Assembly (NCBI GenBank): GCA_963812605.1
Contig: CAWEWF010000001.1
Coordinates: forward strand, 64,001 to 128,000
Direction: 5' to 3'
DNA length: 64,000 bases
DNA from: an uncultured Verrucomicrobiae bacterium
GTDB lineage: Bacteria > Verrucomicrobiota > Verrucomicrobiia > Palsa-1439
Of the stretch, positions 32,718 through 42,320 are shown one piece after another. The first letter of the stretch is position 1. Every line of letters begins with the position of its first letter. The notes beneath the pieces are model-generated. The model ran no database searches. It saw only the letters and a program-made list of their open reading frames with translations, and was not told the DNA's origin. The position numbers and the translations under genes were made by a program.

Positions 32718-34303
32718 GCGACGCGCCTCCCGTCAACCAGAACGAGGCGCTGTGGCAGCAGCCGCACAGCCCGTGGCTCATCGCCGTCGTGGTGACGATG
32801 GCCACGTTCATGGAGGTGCTGGACACCAGCGTGGCCAACGTCGCCCTGCCGCACATCGCGGGAAATCTGGCAGCGGGAGTCGACGAAAGCACCTGGGTGC
32901 TGACTTCCTACCTCGTGTCGAATGCCGTGGTGTTGCCAGTAAGCGGCTGGATTTCCGGAAGGGTCGGGCGCAAGCGCTTCTATATGAGCTGCGTGGCATT
33001 ATTCACCATCAGCTCGTTGTTGTGCGGCTTGGCGCCTAGCCTCGGTTGGTTGGTGTTCTTCCGTGTGTTGCAGGGTGCCGGCGGCGGTGGGCTGCAGCCG
33101 AGTGAACAGGCAATCCTGGCGGACACGTTTAAACCAGCCCAACGCGGAATGGGGTTCGCCGTCTACGGCCTGGCCGTCGTCGCCGCACCGGCATTGGGAC
33201 CGACCTTGGGCGGCTGGATCACGGACAATTTTACCTGGCGCTGGGTTTTCTTTATCAACGTGCCGGTCGGCATCCTTTCACTGCTGCTGACCTCGCGCCT
33301 GATTTCCGATCCGCCGTATCTGAAGAAACAGAATCGCGCCGGCGCAAAGATTGACTTCCTGGGATTCGGGTTGATTGCGCTGGGACTGGGATCGCTGCAA
33401 ATCGTGCTCGACAAAGGCCAGCGCGCGGATTGGTTCGAGGCTCCCTACATTCGCGTGTTGACCTTCACCTTTGTTGCCGCACTGATTCTGGCGGTCGTTA
33501 GGGAACTGCGGGTGAAGGACCCGGTCGTGGACCTGCGGTTATTCAAGGACCGCACTTTCATGACCGCCAACGTCATGCTGTTCGTGTTTGGATTCGTATT
33601 GTACTCCAGCACGGTGCTGCTCCCGCAGTACAGCCAGGAACTCATGGGCTACACCGCGCAACTAGCCGGGATGATGATTTCACCGGGTGGTGTCGCCATC
33701 ATGCTCTTAATGCCGCTGATTGGGTTTCTCATCTCCCATTACGATGCGCGCAAGCTCATCGCCTTCGGTTTCCTGATCATCGGGGTCGCCACGCTTCGGA
33801 TGATGCGGTTCAACCTGGGAGTCGATTTTCGGACGATGATGTGGGCGCGCGTGTTCCAGGCGTCCGGTATCGCGTTCCTCTTCGTGCCGATCAACACCGC
33901 GGCGTACGCCTACCTGCCGCGCGAGAAGAGCAATGCGGCGTCTGGCTTGATCAATCTGTCGCGCAACATCGGCGCCAGCGTGGGCATCTCGTTTGTCACC
34001 ACCATGCTGGCGCGGCGCGCGCAATTCCATCAATCGGTGCTCATCACGCACCTGTCCGACTACAACGGGCATTTCCTGAATACGGTGCAGACATTGACGC
34101 ATCACTTCACCGCCCTGGGTGCCGATGCGGTGACTGCCAGCCGGCAAGCCTACGGCGCGGTCGGAGCAATGATGACACAGCAATCGACCCTGCTGGCATA
34201 CATTGACAACTTCTGGTTGTTGGGAATCTCCGCGCTCGCGTTGGTTCCCGTTGCGTTTATCATGAAGAAGGCGAAGCCCGGAGGGCCCGTCGCGGTGCAC
34301 TAA
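32714..34303 (+). CDS. emrB: DHA2-family MFS efflux permease
   Basis: FMEVLDTSVANVALPHI, WVLTSYL, GPTLGGWITDN..WRWVFFINVP. Confidence 0.93.
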   Translation: MSDAPPVNQNEALWQQPHSPWLIAVVVTMATFMEVLDTSVANVALPHIAGNLAAGVDESTWVLTSYLVSNAVVLPVSGWISGRVGRKRFYMSCVALFTISSLLCGLAPSLGWLVFFRVLQGAGGGGLQPSEQAILADTFKPAQRGMGFAVYGLAVVAAPALGPTLGGWITDNFTWRWVFFINVPVGILSLLLTSRLISDPPYLKKQNRAGAKIDFLGFGLIALGLGSLQIVLDKGQRADWFEAPYIRVLTFTFVAALILAVVRELRVKDPVVDLRLFKDRTFMTANVMLFVFGFVLYSSTVLLPQYSQELMGYTAQLAGMMISPGGVAIMLLMPLIGFLISHYDARKLIAFGFLIIGVATLRMMRFNLGVDFRTMMWARVFQASGIAFLFVPINTAAYAYLPREKSNAASGLINLSRNIGASVGISFVTTMLARRAQFHQSVLITHLSDYNGHFLNTVQTLTHHFTALGADAVTASRQAYGAVGAMMTQQSTLLAYIDNFWLLGISALALVPVAFIMKKAKPGGPVAVH

Positions 34304-34305
34304 TC

Positions 34306-34939
34306 ATGATCAAGATCATCGCCATTGAACGCGAATTCGGCTGCGACGCCACTACGATTGCGGAAACGCTCGGCAAACGCCTGGGTTGGAAGGTGCTCGA
34401 CCAGTCGTTGACCGAGGAGGTCGCCCGCATCGCCCAGGTCTCGCAAGGGGTCGTCGAGCAACGCGAGGGATGTATGGATCCCCCGTTGTACAGACTCCTC
34501 AAGGTTTTCCGTTGCGGCAGCTATCAGAGGGCTCTTCCAGTAAGAGGGCAAGAGGTCCTCGACGCGGAGCGCATGCTCGAACTGGTGCAAAAGGTCGTCG
34601 AAGAAGCGGCAGCCACGGGCAACTGCGTCATCGTGGGGCGCGGATCGGCCTTTTTTCTGCGCGCAGCGAACGGACACGCTCCGGGTATTTTTATTTGCGT
34701 CGCGCGAGTTCAAACTTCGCTTCCTGCAGGAACAGACCAAGAACGAAGCCAAGGCCAACGAATTGGTCGATTCGGTTGACCGCAACCGCCGGGCGTTTGT
34801 GAAACACTACTTTGGCGTGGACTGGCCGTACCGCCCCGCGTATCACGCCATGCTCAACAGCGCGCTCGGCGACGACTTTGTCCTCGCCACGATCCAGAAC
34901 CTGATGGATGCGCTCAACAAAAAGGGCGCGTCGGCATGA
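34306..34939 (+). CDS. Cytidylate kinase-like family protein, split by a frameshift near 34670-34710
   Basis: IIAIEREFGC, CVIVGRGS, continuing in another frame as VDRNRRAFVKHYFGVDW...YHAMLNS to TGA 34937-34939. Confidence 0.75.
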
Positions 34940-36421
34940 AAACCAGGACTGTTTTCCTTGTTCGCATTGGCCGCGGTGGCCATGGCGGGCTGTGCCGTCG
35001 GGCCCGATTATCATCCGCCGAAAACCCAGGCGCCCGCCAACTGGAGCGAAGCCCAACTCGGCGGCACGACCAACATCGTCATGCCCATCGTCGCGTGGTG
35101 GAAGACGTTCAATGATCCCGAACTCAACTCGCTCATCGAACGCGCGGTGGCCACCAACCATGATCTGCGCATCGCGGATGGCCGGTTGCGGCAGGCGCGC
35201 GCGCTGCGTTCGGGTGTGGCCGCGGACCTCGGCCCGGTGATCAACGGCTCGGCCGGCTACACGGACGCGCGGCAATCCCGGAATTCCATTCCCTTCAATA
35301 CCTCGGGTCCCGGCGGCGCCGCCATCAGCAGCAATTATCTTTTCCACACCGACCTCTACGATGCGCACTTCGATGCGAGCTGGGAGATCGATGTGTTTGG
35401 CGGCAAACGCCGCGCGCTGCAGCAGGCCAACGCCCTCGTCGCTTCCGTCGAGGAGGATCGTCGCGATGTGTTGGTGAGCGTTCTCGCGGAGGTCGCCCGC
35501 AATTACATCGAAGTCCGCAACTTCCAGCAGCGGCTGGCCATCACGCAGAAGAATATCAAAGCGCAACGGGATGCCGTGGACATCGCCCGCTCCCGGTTCA
35601 ACGCGGGTCTTAGCAGCGAACTCGATGCGAAGCAGGCCGAGGCGGTGCTGGCGACGACCCAGGCCCAGGTTCCCGTTCTCGAAACCTCGCTCAAGCAGGG
35701 CATGCATCGGCTCGGTGTGCTGATCGGCCAGGAACCGGGCGCGCTGCTCGTGGAATTGTCCCAGGCAGCGCCCGTTCCCGCGCCGCCGCCGGAGGTGGCT
35801 GTGGGTCTGCCCTCCGATTTGCTGCGCCGACGGCCGGATGTGCGCCGCGCGGAACGCCAGTTGGCGGCGGACACCGCCAACATCGGCGTCCAGACGGCCG
35901 AGTTGTTCCCGAAATTCACGCTGACCGGCGTCGCCGGCTTCCAGAGCTTCGCGGTCAGCGATTGGTTTACCGGCGGCAGCAGGTACTGGTCGGCCGGGCC
36001 GACCGTGACGTGGCGCATTCTTGACCTGGGCCATGTCCGCAGCCAAATCCGGGCAGCGAATGCCCAGGCCCAGCAGTCCATGGTGGTCTACGAGAAGACG
36101 GTGCTGACATCCTGCGAGGATGCCGAGAACGCGCTGGTGGCTTACGCGAATGAGCAAGTGCGTTATCGCGCCCTGGGCGATGCCGTGGCCGCCAACCGCC
36201 AGGCGCTCGAATTCGCCAACGATCGTTACGCCAAGGGCCTCGCGGATTTCCTGAACGTGCTGGATGCCGAGCGCTCGTTATACCAAACCGAAGACCAACT
36301 CGCCGAAAGCCAGGGCACCGTCTCCGTCAATCTCGTGTCGCTCTACAAAGCCCTCGGCGGCGGCTGGACCGCCCTCGAACAGCGCGCCGACGCCTCATCA
36401 CGTGCCGATTCGCCGCGCTAA
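34936..36421 (+). CDS. NodT/OprM-family efflux outer-membrane lipoprotein
   Basis: Lipobox AMAGC-AVGPDY, ASWEIDVFG, PSDLLRRRPDVRRAE, LYKALGGGW. The ATG at 34936 (ATGA overlap) is one base out of frame with ORF 34958, probably an indel. Confidence 0.9.
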
Positions 36422-36584
36422 GAATCAATTGAAATAAACCCCGCCAAAGACCTCACGAAATAACCACCCCGCAGCCGGCTCCTCCAATTCCTACAGCGCA
36501 GCGTCCGCAATCGCCGGACCCTTCGACCAACACCAACCAAAAAAAGAATAAAGAGGGGCTGTTGCTCAAATGACTTTTCCGGTT

Positions 36585-36609
36585 GTAGCCGCGCTTCTGT
36601 GAAGCGCGG
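36585..36609 (+). repeat. GTAG REP-like hairpin related to the one at 25483
   Basis: GTAG-CCGCGCTTC-tgt-GAAGCGCGG. Confidence 0.7.
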
Positions 36610-36631
36610 GTCGTCCCAACATTCTTTCATG

Positions 36632-37084
36632 TCATTTCGAATGATTGGGCGGCGTCAGACCAAGCAGGCGAAGCGCATCCGGCTTAACCGCGATAATGAA
36701 AGTCTGATCTACACGGGCGTCATAGCCGTATTGTACTGCTATTCCCAAAACAGCAGCGTTGTAAACATTAAGCGGGTGACGCGACTCTTCTTTCTGGAAG
36801 GAATGCGTCGGCGGACCATACGTAGTATGAAACCATTCATTTAATTCAGAAAATACGTCCCCATAAATGTGGAATTGAAAACCATCAGGATCATGAGAGT
36901 AGCTCCATTTGCACCGCAATGTTGGAATCGGACGAATTATGGGCCCTTTGGCTCCGTAATCTTTCAAGGCCGATATCAAAGGGTCGTCAAGATCACGTAT
37001 ACGTGTTTTATCAGTGCCGCACCCCGAGATAAACAGGATTAGAATCCCCTTATAAAGTAATCGGGAGATGGGGTCAGGTCTCAT
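36632..37084 (-). CDS. Hypothetical lipoprotein, AT-richer than its surroundings
   Basis: MRPDPISRLLYKGILILFISGC lipobox; 150 aa; no recognised family. Confidence 0.6.
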   Translation of the reverse strand: MRPDPISRLLYKGILILFISGCGTDKTRIRDLDDPLISALKDYGAKGPIIRPIPTLRCKWSYSHDPDGFQFHIYGDVFSELNEWFHTTYGPPTHSFQKEESRHPLNVYNAAVLGIAVQYGYDARVDQTFIIAVKPDALRLLGLTPPNHSK

Positions 37085-37223
37085 TATCACAACAATTCGG
37101 CGTTTAGTTTGTTCGTACCGAACTGCTCCCATTTTGAGCCGTTGCGCAATTTAGTTCAAGGTTGTAGTCGTTTCACTGCCAAATCGGGTCACTACCCGAA
37201 TCCGCCTCATCGAAAAGAAAAGA

Positions 37224-37252
37224 TTGCAAAATGGCGTCCTGAAAATTATCGT
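37224..37252 (+). promoter_or_regulatory. Putative sigma70 promoter of the coaD operon
   Basis: TTGCAA-17 nt-TATCGT, followed by GGAGG before the ATG at 37275. Confidence 0.45.
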
Positions 37253-37274
37253 CACGGTCAAGGGCAGGGAGGTT

Positions 37275-37769
37275 ATGTTGAAGATTGCAGTCTACCCGGG
37301 CAGTTTCGATCCCATCACCAACGGACATCTCGACATCATCCGCCGTGCTGCCCAGATGTTCGACCGGGTGATCGTTGCCGTGGCGATCAATGCGGAGAAA
37401 ACACCCCTCTTCAGCGTCCAGGAGCGCGTCGTGCTGGCGCGGGGTGCGGTCAAGGGATTCAAGAACGTCGTGGTGGACGAATTCGGCGGGCTGCTCGTGG
37501 CCTACGCGCGCCGCAAACGCGCCGCCGTTGTCGTCCGCGGTTTGCGGGCGGTTTCGGACTTTGAATTTGAATTCGCGCTGGCCCTGATGAACCGCAAACT
37601 GGATCCGGGCATCGAAACCATCTTCTTGATGACGAAGGACGAATACACCTTTATCAGTTCGCGGCAGGTAAAGGAAATCTGCCAGATGGGCGGGCATGTG
37701 AGCGATTTCGTGCCGCGCGGTGTCGAAAAGGCGATGAAGCGCAAATTTGGCTCGAAACGGTCGATTTGA
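37275..37769 (+). CDS. coaD: Phosphopantetheine adenylyltransferase
   Basis: YPGSFDPITNGHLDII, RGLRAVSDFEFE, ISS. Confidence 0.97.
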   Translation: MLKIAVYPGSFDPITNGHLDIIRRAAQMFDRVIVAVAINAEKTPLFSVQERVVLARGAVKGFKNVVVDEFGGLLVAYARRKRAAVVVRGLRAVSDFEFEFALALMNRKLDPGIETIFLMTKDEYTFISSRQVKEICQMGGHVSDFVPRGVEKAMKRKFGSKRSI

Positions 37770-37798
37770 TGATTGAGCGTTTCGAGCGGAAGGGAACC

Positions 37799-38263
37799 AT
37801 GAAAATTAACGTCAAACGCATTCCCGAGGACGGGGAGGCGCTGGTCGGTACCGACCCTCCTTCCATCATGGAATTGGATGAACCCGACATCCACTTTGAG
37901 CACGATGTAGAGTACGATTTACTGGCGCAACTACAAGGCAGTGCGGTACTTGTCACGGGCAAGGTCAGCACGCCGGCGACGCTGCGTTGCAGCCGCTGCC
38001 TGCGCGTTTTCGACCTGCCGGTGCGCGTGGAGCAGTTTGTCTATCACCAGGAACTGCAAGGCGAGGACTTCGTGGACTTGACGGCCAATATGCGCGAAGA
38101 TATTATCTTGGAACTTCCACAAAGGGCGTTGTGCACCGAGGATTGCAAGGGATTGTGCCCGCATTGTGGCAAGGATTTGAATAAGGGTCCGTGCCGCTGC
38201 CAGCATTCGGGAGGGGATCTGCGCTGGCATGCGCTGGACAACTTGAACTTGAAACTGAAGTAA
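37799..38263 (+). CDS. yceD: DUF177/YceD-family protein
   Basis: CSRCL, LCTEDCKGLCPHCGKDLN, D.RW.AL; directly upstream of rpmF. Confidence 0.9.
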   Translation: MKINVKRIPEDGEALVGTDPPSIMELDEPDIHFEHDVEYDLLAQLQGSAVLVTGKVSTPATLRCSRCLRVFDLPVRVEQFVYHQELQGEDFVDLTANMREDIILELPQRALCTEDCKGLCPHCGKDLNKGPCRCQHSGGDLRWHALDNLNLKLK

Positions 38264-38279
38264 CGGAGAACATTTTCCC

Positions 38280-38462
38280 ATGGGCGTCCCGAAACGTAGA
38301 ATGTCGAAGATGCGCCTGCGCACTCGCAAGGCGGCAAATCGTCCCAAGGCGCCGCAATTGTCGGTTTGCGCCCAGTGCGGCGCGCGGGTGCTACCGCACC
38401 GTGTCTGTCCGTCCTGCGGTTACTACAAGGGCCGGCAGGTCGTCTCTGTAACGGCCGCCTGA
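38280..38462 (+). CDS. rpmF: 50S ribosomal protein L32 (Zn-ribbon, C+ form)
   Basis: MGVPKRRMSK...CAQCG...PHRVCPSCGYYKGRQV. Confidence 0.97.
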   Translation: MGVPKRRMSKMRLRTRKAANRPKAPQLSVCAQCGARVLPHRVCPSCGYYKGRQVVSVTAA

Positions 38463-38471
38463 TTCCCGGCG

Positions 38472-39521
38472 ATGAAACTAGCCATCGATGCGATGGGTGG
38501 GGACTTCGCCCCCCAGAACATCGTTGCCGGGGCGGTGGCCGCGCTGCGCGACAACAGCCGGATCACCAAACTTTACCTCGTGGGTGACGAACCCCGCGTC
38601 GAGGCGGAACTGCGCAAGCTCGGCGCTTCCGATAACCGCCTCGATCTTATCCACGCCAGCGAAGTGATCACCATGGACGACTCGCCCACGCAGGCCGTGC
38701 GGCGCAAAAAGGACAGCTCGATGTGCCGCGCGATCGATATCGTCAAGCGCGGGGACGCGGACGCGATTGTCTCGGCGGGCAACACCGGCGCGCTGCTGAC
38801 GGCGGCGCACCTGAAACTGCGCACGCTGGAAGGCGTCGAACGGCCGGGCCTGGCCGTGATCATTCCCGCGCCCAAGAATATTTTCGTGCTACTGGACGCC
38901 GGCGCCAACCTCGAGCCGCATCCGTCAATCCTCGTGCAATACGCGATCATGGGCAGCCTGTATTCGAAGCAGATCCTCGGATACAAACAGCCGCGCGTGG
39001 CGCTGCTTTCGATCGGCACCGAGGACATGAAGGGAAATGAATTGACGCTCGAAGCGCATCGCTTGCTCAAGCAGACGGACCTGAATTTTGTCGGCAACAT
39101 CGATGGCCATGACCTGTTCTCGAGCCGCGCCGACGTAATCGTGACCGACGCGTTCGTCGGCAACGCGGTCTTGAAGGCGTGCGAAAGCACCGCGCGATTG
39201 GTCGGTTACTGGCTGAAAGAGGAGCTCCAGAAAAACCCGCTGCGCATGCTCGGCGCGTTGCTCGCCGCCGGCGCGTTCAAGGCGCTCAGGCGCAAAGCCG
39301 ATCCCGACGAGTACGGCGGCGCCGTCCTGCTGGGCATCAACGGCATCTGCGTCAAGGCCCACGGCGCCAGTTCGCCGAACGCGGCCAAGAACGCCATCCG
39401 CGTGGCCACGGAGTTTATCGAATGCCAGTTTAACGAGCACCTCGTCGAGGAAACCCGAAAGTTCCATGACAAAGTCCAGCAAAACACATTTGCGCAACCC
39501 TCGATCCAGGCAGCGTCTTAG
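38472..39521 (+). CDS. plsX: Phosphate acyltransferase
   Basis: IDAMGGDFAP, SAGNTGA, LDAGAN, GGAVLLG...VKAHG. Confidence 0.96.
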   Translation: MKLAIDAMGGDFAPQNIVAGAVAALRDNSRITKLYLVGDEPRVEAELRKLGASDNRLDLIHASEVITMDDSPTQAVRRKKDSSMCRAIDIVKRGDADAIVSAGNTGALLTAAHLKLRTLEGVERPGLAVIIPAPKNIFVLLDAGANLEPHPSILVQYAIMGSLYSKQILGYKQPRVALLSIGTEDMKGNELTLEAHRLLKQTDLNFVGNIDGHDLFSSRADVIVTDAFVGNAVLKACESTARLVGYWLKEELQKNPLRMLGALLAAGAFKALRRKADPDEYGGAVLLGINGICVKAHGASSPNAAKNAIRVATEFIECQFNEHLVEETRKFHDKVQQNTFAQPSIQAAS

Positions 39522-40503
39522 GCCGGTGCACATCGTCGGCACGGGCTCGTACGTGCCGGACCGGGTGCTCACGAATGCCGACCTCGAGAAGCTGGTCGAC
39601 ACCACCGATGAGTGGATTGTGTCGCGCTCGGGCATCAAGGAGCGCCGCATCGCGGCCGACTGGCAATGCACGTCTGACCTGGCCGTGGAAGCCGCGCGTC
39701 GCGCGATGGATCAGGCCCACGTCCGCGAAGATGAAATCGATCTGATCATCTGCGCCACGATCACACCGGACATGCCGTTTCCCGCCACGGCGTGTCTTGT
39801 CCAACAGAAGCTCGGCGCGAAACGCGCGGCGGCGTTCGACATGGAAGCGGCCTGCTCGGGTTTTTTGTACGCGATGGAGATCGGCCAGCAATTCGTCACG
39901 TCGGGGACCTACGACACGGTGCTGATCATCGGCGCGGAAAAACTTTCTACGATTATTGACTGGGAGGACCGCAGCACGTGCGTGCTGTTTGGCGACGGCG
40001 CCGGCGCGGCGATTTTGCGCAGCCGCGGCGAGGAAGCCGGGCACGGCATCCTGACGACCTGCATGGGCGCGGACGGTTCGCAGGCGGATATTTTGTTGAT
40101 GCCCGCGGGCGGCGCGCGTTATCCCGCGTCGAAGGAATCGGTCAGCGGCCGAATGCACCACCTGAAAATGGCGGGCAAAGAGGTGTTCAAGAGCGCCGTC
40201 CTCGCGATGCAGACCGCCGCGGAAGAAGCGTTGCAGCGCTGCAACCTGACCATCGCCGATATCAAATGCGTCATCCCGCACCAGGCCAATATCCGCATCC
40301 TCGAAGCGATCGCCGACCGGATTGGCGTGCCGATGGAAAAGGTGTACGTCAACCTCCATCGCTACGGAAACGTGTCGGCTGCGTCCGTCGCCATCGCGCT
40401 GGACGAAGCCGCCCGCGAAGGCCGCTTCCAGCACGGCGACCTGATTCTGCTCATCGTTTTCGGCAGCGGCCTGACCTGGGCCTCGTGCGTCATCCAGTGG
40501 TAA
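39466..40503 (+). CDS. fabH: 3-oxoacyl-ACP synthase III
   Basis: AACSGF, LFGDGAGA, PHQANIRI, YGNVSAAS, FGSGLTW. Confidence 0.96.
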   Translation: MTKSSKTHLRNPRSRQRLRPVHIVGTGSYVPDRVLTNADLEKLVDTTDEWIVSRSGIKERRIAADWQCTSDLAVEAARRAMDQAHVREDEIDLIICATITPDMPFPATACLVQQKLGAKRAAAFDMEAACSGFLYAMEIGQQFVTSGTYDTVLIIGAEKLSTIIDWEDRSTCVLFGDGAGAAILRSRGEEAGHGILTTCMGADGSQADILLMPAGGARYPASKESVSGRMHHLKMAGKEVFKSAVLAMQTAAEEALQRCNLTIADIKCVIPHQANIRILEAIADRIGVPMEKVYVNLHRYGNVSAASVAIALDEAAREGRFQHGDLILLIVFGSGLTWASCVIQW

Positions 40504-40526
40504 GCGCGGCAGCGCGGTAGGTTGCC

Positions 40527-40697
40527 ATGGGCCCAACGGTCACCAGCACCACCAATCCCGCCACCGGGGTAATCACCACCACCACCATCCTGCATCCGAA
40601 CCATTTTCATTATGGCTGGCTGCTTCTCGCGCTTCTCGCGCTGGCGCTGATCTGCTCGGGGCTGCGGGCGATCTTCTGGAACAAAAATTCGAATTAG
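40527..40697 (+). CDS. Small (56 aa) single-pass membrane protein, absent from the ORF track
   Basis: Manual translation MGPTVTSTTNPATGVITTTTILHPNHFHYGWLLLALLALALICSGLRAIFWNKNSN*; fills the gap between fabH and the next promoter. Confidence 0.6.
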   Translation: MGPTVTSTTNPATGVITTTTILHPNHFHYGWLLLALLALALICSGLRAIFWNKNSN

Positions 40698-40721
40698 GAT
40701 TCCGGCGAAATCGCCCCCTCG

Positions 40722-40750
40722 TTGACACCGTGCCGGGTCGATGCTAGATT
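40722..40750 (+). promoter_or_regulatory. sigma70 promoter with extended -10
   Basis: TTGACA-17 nt-TAGATT with TG at the extended position. Confidence 0.7.
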
Positions 40751-40791
40751 GCGGCGAACTTTTATTTGAGGCAATTGAGGTAATAATTATT

Positions 40792-41160
40792 ATGGGCGTG
40801 ACCAAGCGTGATATTTCGGGGATTTTCGATGCGGAACTGAAGAGCAAGCGTTCCCGCAAGGCCGCGGTTCTCGACAAGGTCTTTGACCTGACTCCCAAGG
40901 GCATTACGTTCCTGACCGATACGTTTATCAACGAATGGACGGAAGTTGGCGTGGAGATGCGTCTGCCCGGGCCGGTGACGGGCCGTGATCAACAAATCGA
41001 CATCGGCTGTCGTGGCGTCGTCGTGCAATGCGTGCGGCGCGAACAGGGCAAGGGGTTCAAGGTGGTGCTGTTGTTCCTCGACCTGCCCAAGCGCGCGCAA
41101 GCCCAGCTGGCCGTCGCTCCCTCCGCTGTTGCTCCCCTCAGCATCTCGATCTCCCGCTGA
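40792..41160 (+). CDS. Hypothetical protein, possibly PilZ-like beta barrel
   Basis: DLTPKGI (DxSxxG-like), C.GVVVQC...FKVVLLFLDL; 4 nt before pilT. Confidence 0.55.
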   Translation: MGVTKRDISGIFDAELKSKRSRKAAVLDKVFDLTPKGITFLTDTFINEWTEVGVEMRLPGPVTGRDQQIDIGCRGVVVQCVRREQGKGFKVVLLFLDLPKRAQAQLAVAPSAVAPLSISISR

Positions 41161-41164
41161 CCGC

Positions 41165-42259
41165 ATGGAATACCTGCACAGTCTGCTGAAGTTCGCCATC
41201 AACATGTCGGCTTCAGACATCCATGTAAAACCCGGCCATCACGCCACCATCCGCATCTCGGGCGAACTCTTTCCCGTGCAGGTCGATCCACCCTCGGCGG
41301 AACAGGTCGAGGAAATCGTCCGCCACATGCTGCCGAAACATCTCGAGTCCCGCCTGGATCGCGAGAAGGAAGCTGATTTTTCCTACATCGACCCTGCGCT
41401 CGGCCGTTTCCGCGTCAACGTCTTCTACCAGCGCGGCCTGCCCGCCTTCGTGATGCGCTACGTCAAAACCAGCGTGCCGACCTTCAAGGACCTGAACCTG
41501 CCGGAAACCTTGGGCAAAATCGCCAGCTCCGAGCGCGGCATCATCCTGATCACGGGCCCCACGGGCAGCGGCAAATCCAGCACGCTGGCCGCGATGGTCC
41601 AGTACATCAACGAAACCGAGAAATGCCACATCATCACGCTCGAAGACCCGATCGAGTACATGTTCGACGACAAACAATCGGTCATCGAACAGCGCGAAGT
41701 CGGCCTCGATACGCTCAGCTTCGAACGCGCCCTCGTTCACGTCATGCGCCAGGATCCCGATGTCATCGTCATCGGCGAAATGCGCGACAGCCAGTCGTTC
41801 ATGGCCGCCCTCGCCGCCGCGGACACGGGCCATCTGGTGCTGGCCACGCTGCACACGACCACCGCGTACTCCGCCATCGGCCGCACCCTCGATTTCTTCC
41901 CCGCGCACGAACGCGACCAGATTCGCCGCCAGATGGCGTCCACCCTGCGCGCCGTCGTCTGCCAGCGCCTCGTTCCCGCGACCTCCGGCAGCGTCGTCCC
42001 CGCCGTCGAGATCATGCTCAACACCGGCACCGTCCGCAAATTCATCGAGGAAAACCGCCTCGACAAACTTTTCGCCGCCATCGAAACCGGCACCGACGAA
42101 GGCATGCAGACCTTCAACCAGGCGCTCTTCAAGCTCGTGAAAGCCAAACAGATTTCCGAAGAAGAAGCTCTCATCAAAGCCACCAACCCCGAAGCCCTCA
42201 AGATGAACTTCCGCGGCATCTTCCTCGACGAATCCCGCCGCATCCTCGCCAACTCGTAA
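41165..42259 (+). CDS. pilT: PilT/PilU type IV pilus retraction ATPase
   Basis: ASDIH, GPTGSGKSSTLA, TLEDPIE, RQDPDVIVIGEMRD, TGHLVLATLHT, GMQTFNQAL. Confidence 0.93.
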   Translation: MEYLHSLLKFAINMSASDIHVKPGHHATIRISGELFPVQVDPPSAEQVEEIVRHMLPKHLESRLDREKEADFSYIDPALGRFRVNVFYQRGLPAFVMRYVKTSVPTFKDLNLPETLGKIASSERGIILITGPTGSGKSSTLAAMVQYINETEKCHIITLEDPIEYMFDDKQSVIEQREVGLDTLSFERALVHVMRQDPDVIVIGEMRDSQSFMAALAAADTGHLVLATLHTTTAYSAIGRTLDFFPAHERDQIRRQMASTLRAVVCQRLVPATSGSVVPAVEIMLNTGTVRKFIEENRLDKLFAAIETGTDEGMQTFNQALFKLVKAKQISEEEALIKATNPEALKMNFRGIFLDESRRILANS

Positions 42260-42320
42260 GTTTCGCTCCTTCCGCGTTAAACAGGCGTCCCGTCTGTAGT
42301 CGTATTCTGCCATAGTCCAA

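Noticed and set aside
34691-36157. Long antisense ORFs (also 702-1733, 41213-42355, 50316-51653, 58026-59054)
   Set aside because: Shadows of well-supported opposite-strand genes in GC-rich DNA, with no motifs of their own.
36610-36655. Integron attC after the orphan lipoprotein (GCCCAAT...GTTGGGA on the minus strand)
   Set aside because: About 40 bp, too short; R boxes are imperfect, and there is no L box, second cassette or integrase.
37108-37126. LexA box (TGTTC-N5-GAACT)
   Set aside because: Spacer and last base do not fit the TGTTC-N4-GAACA motif I recall for Verrucomicrobia.
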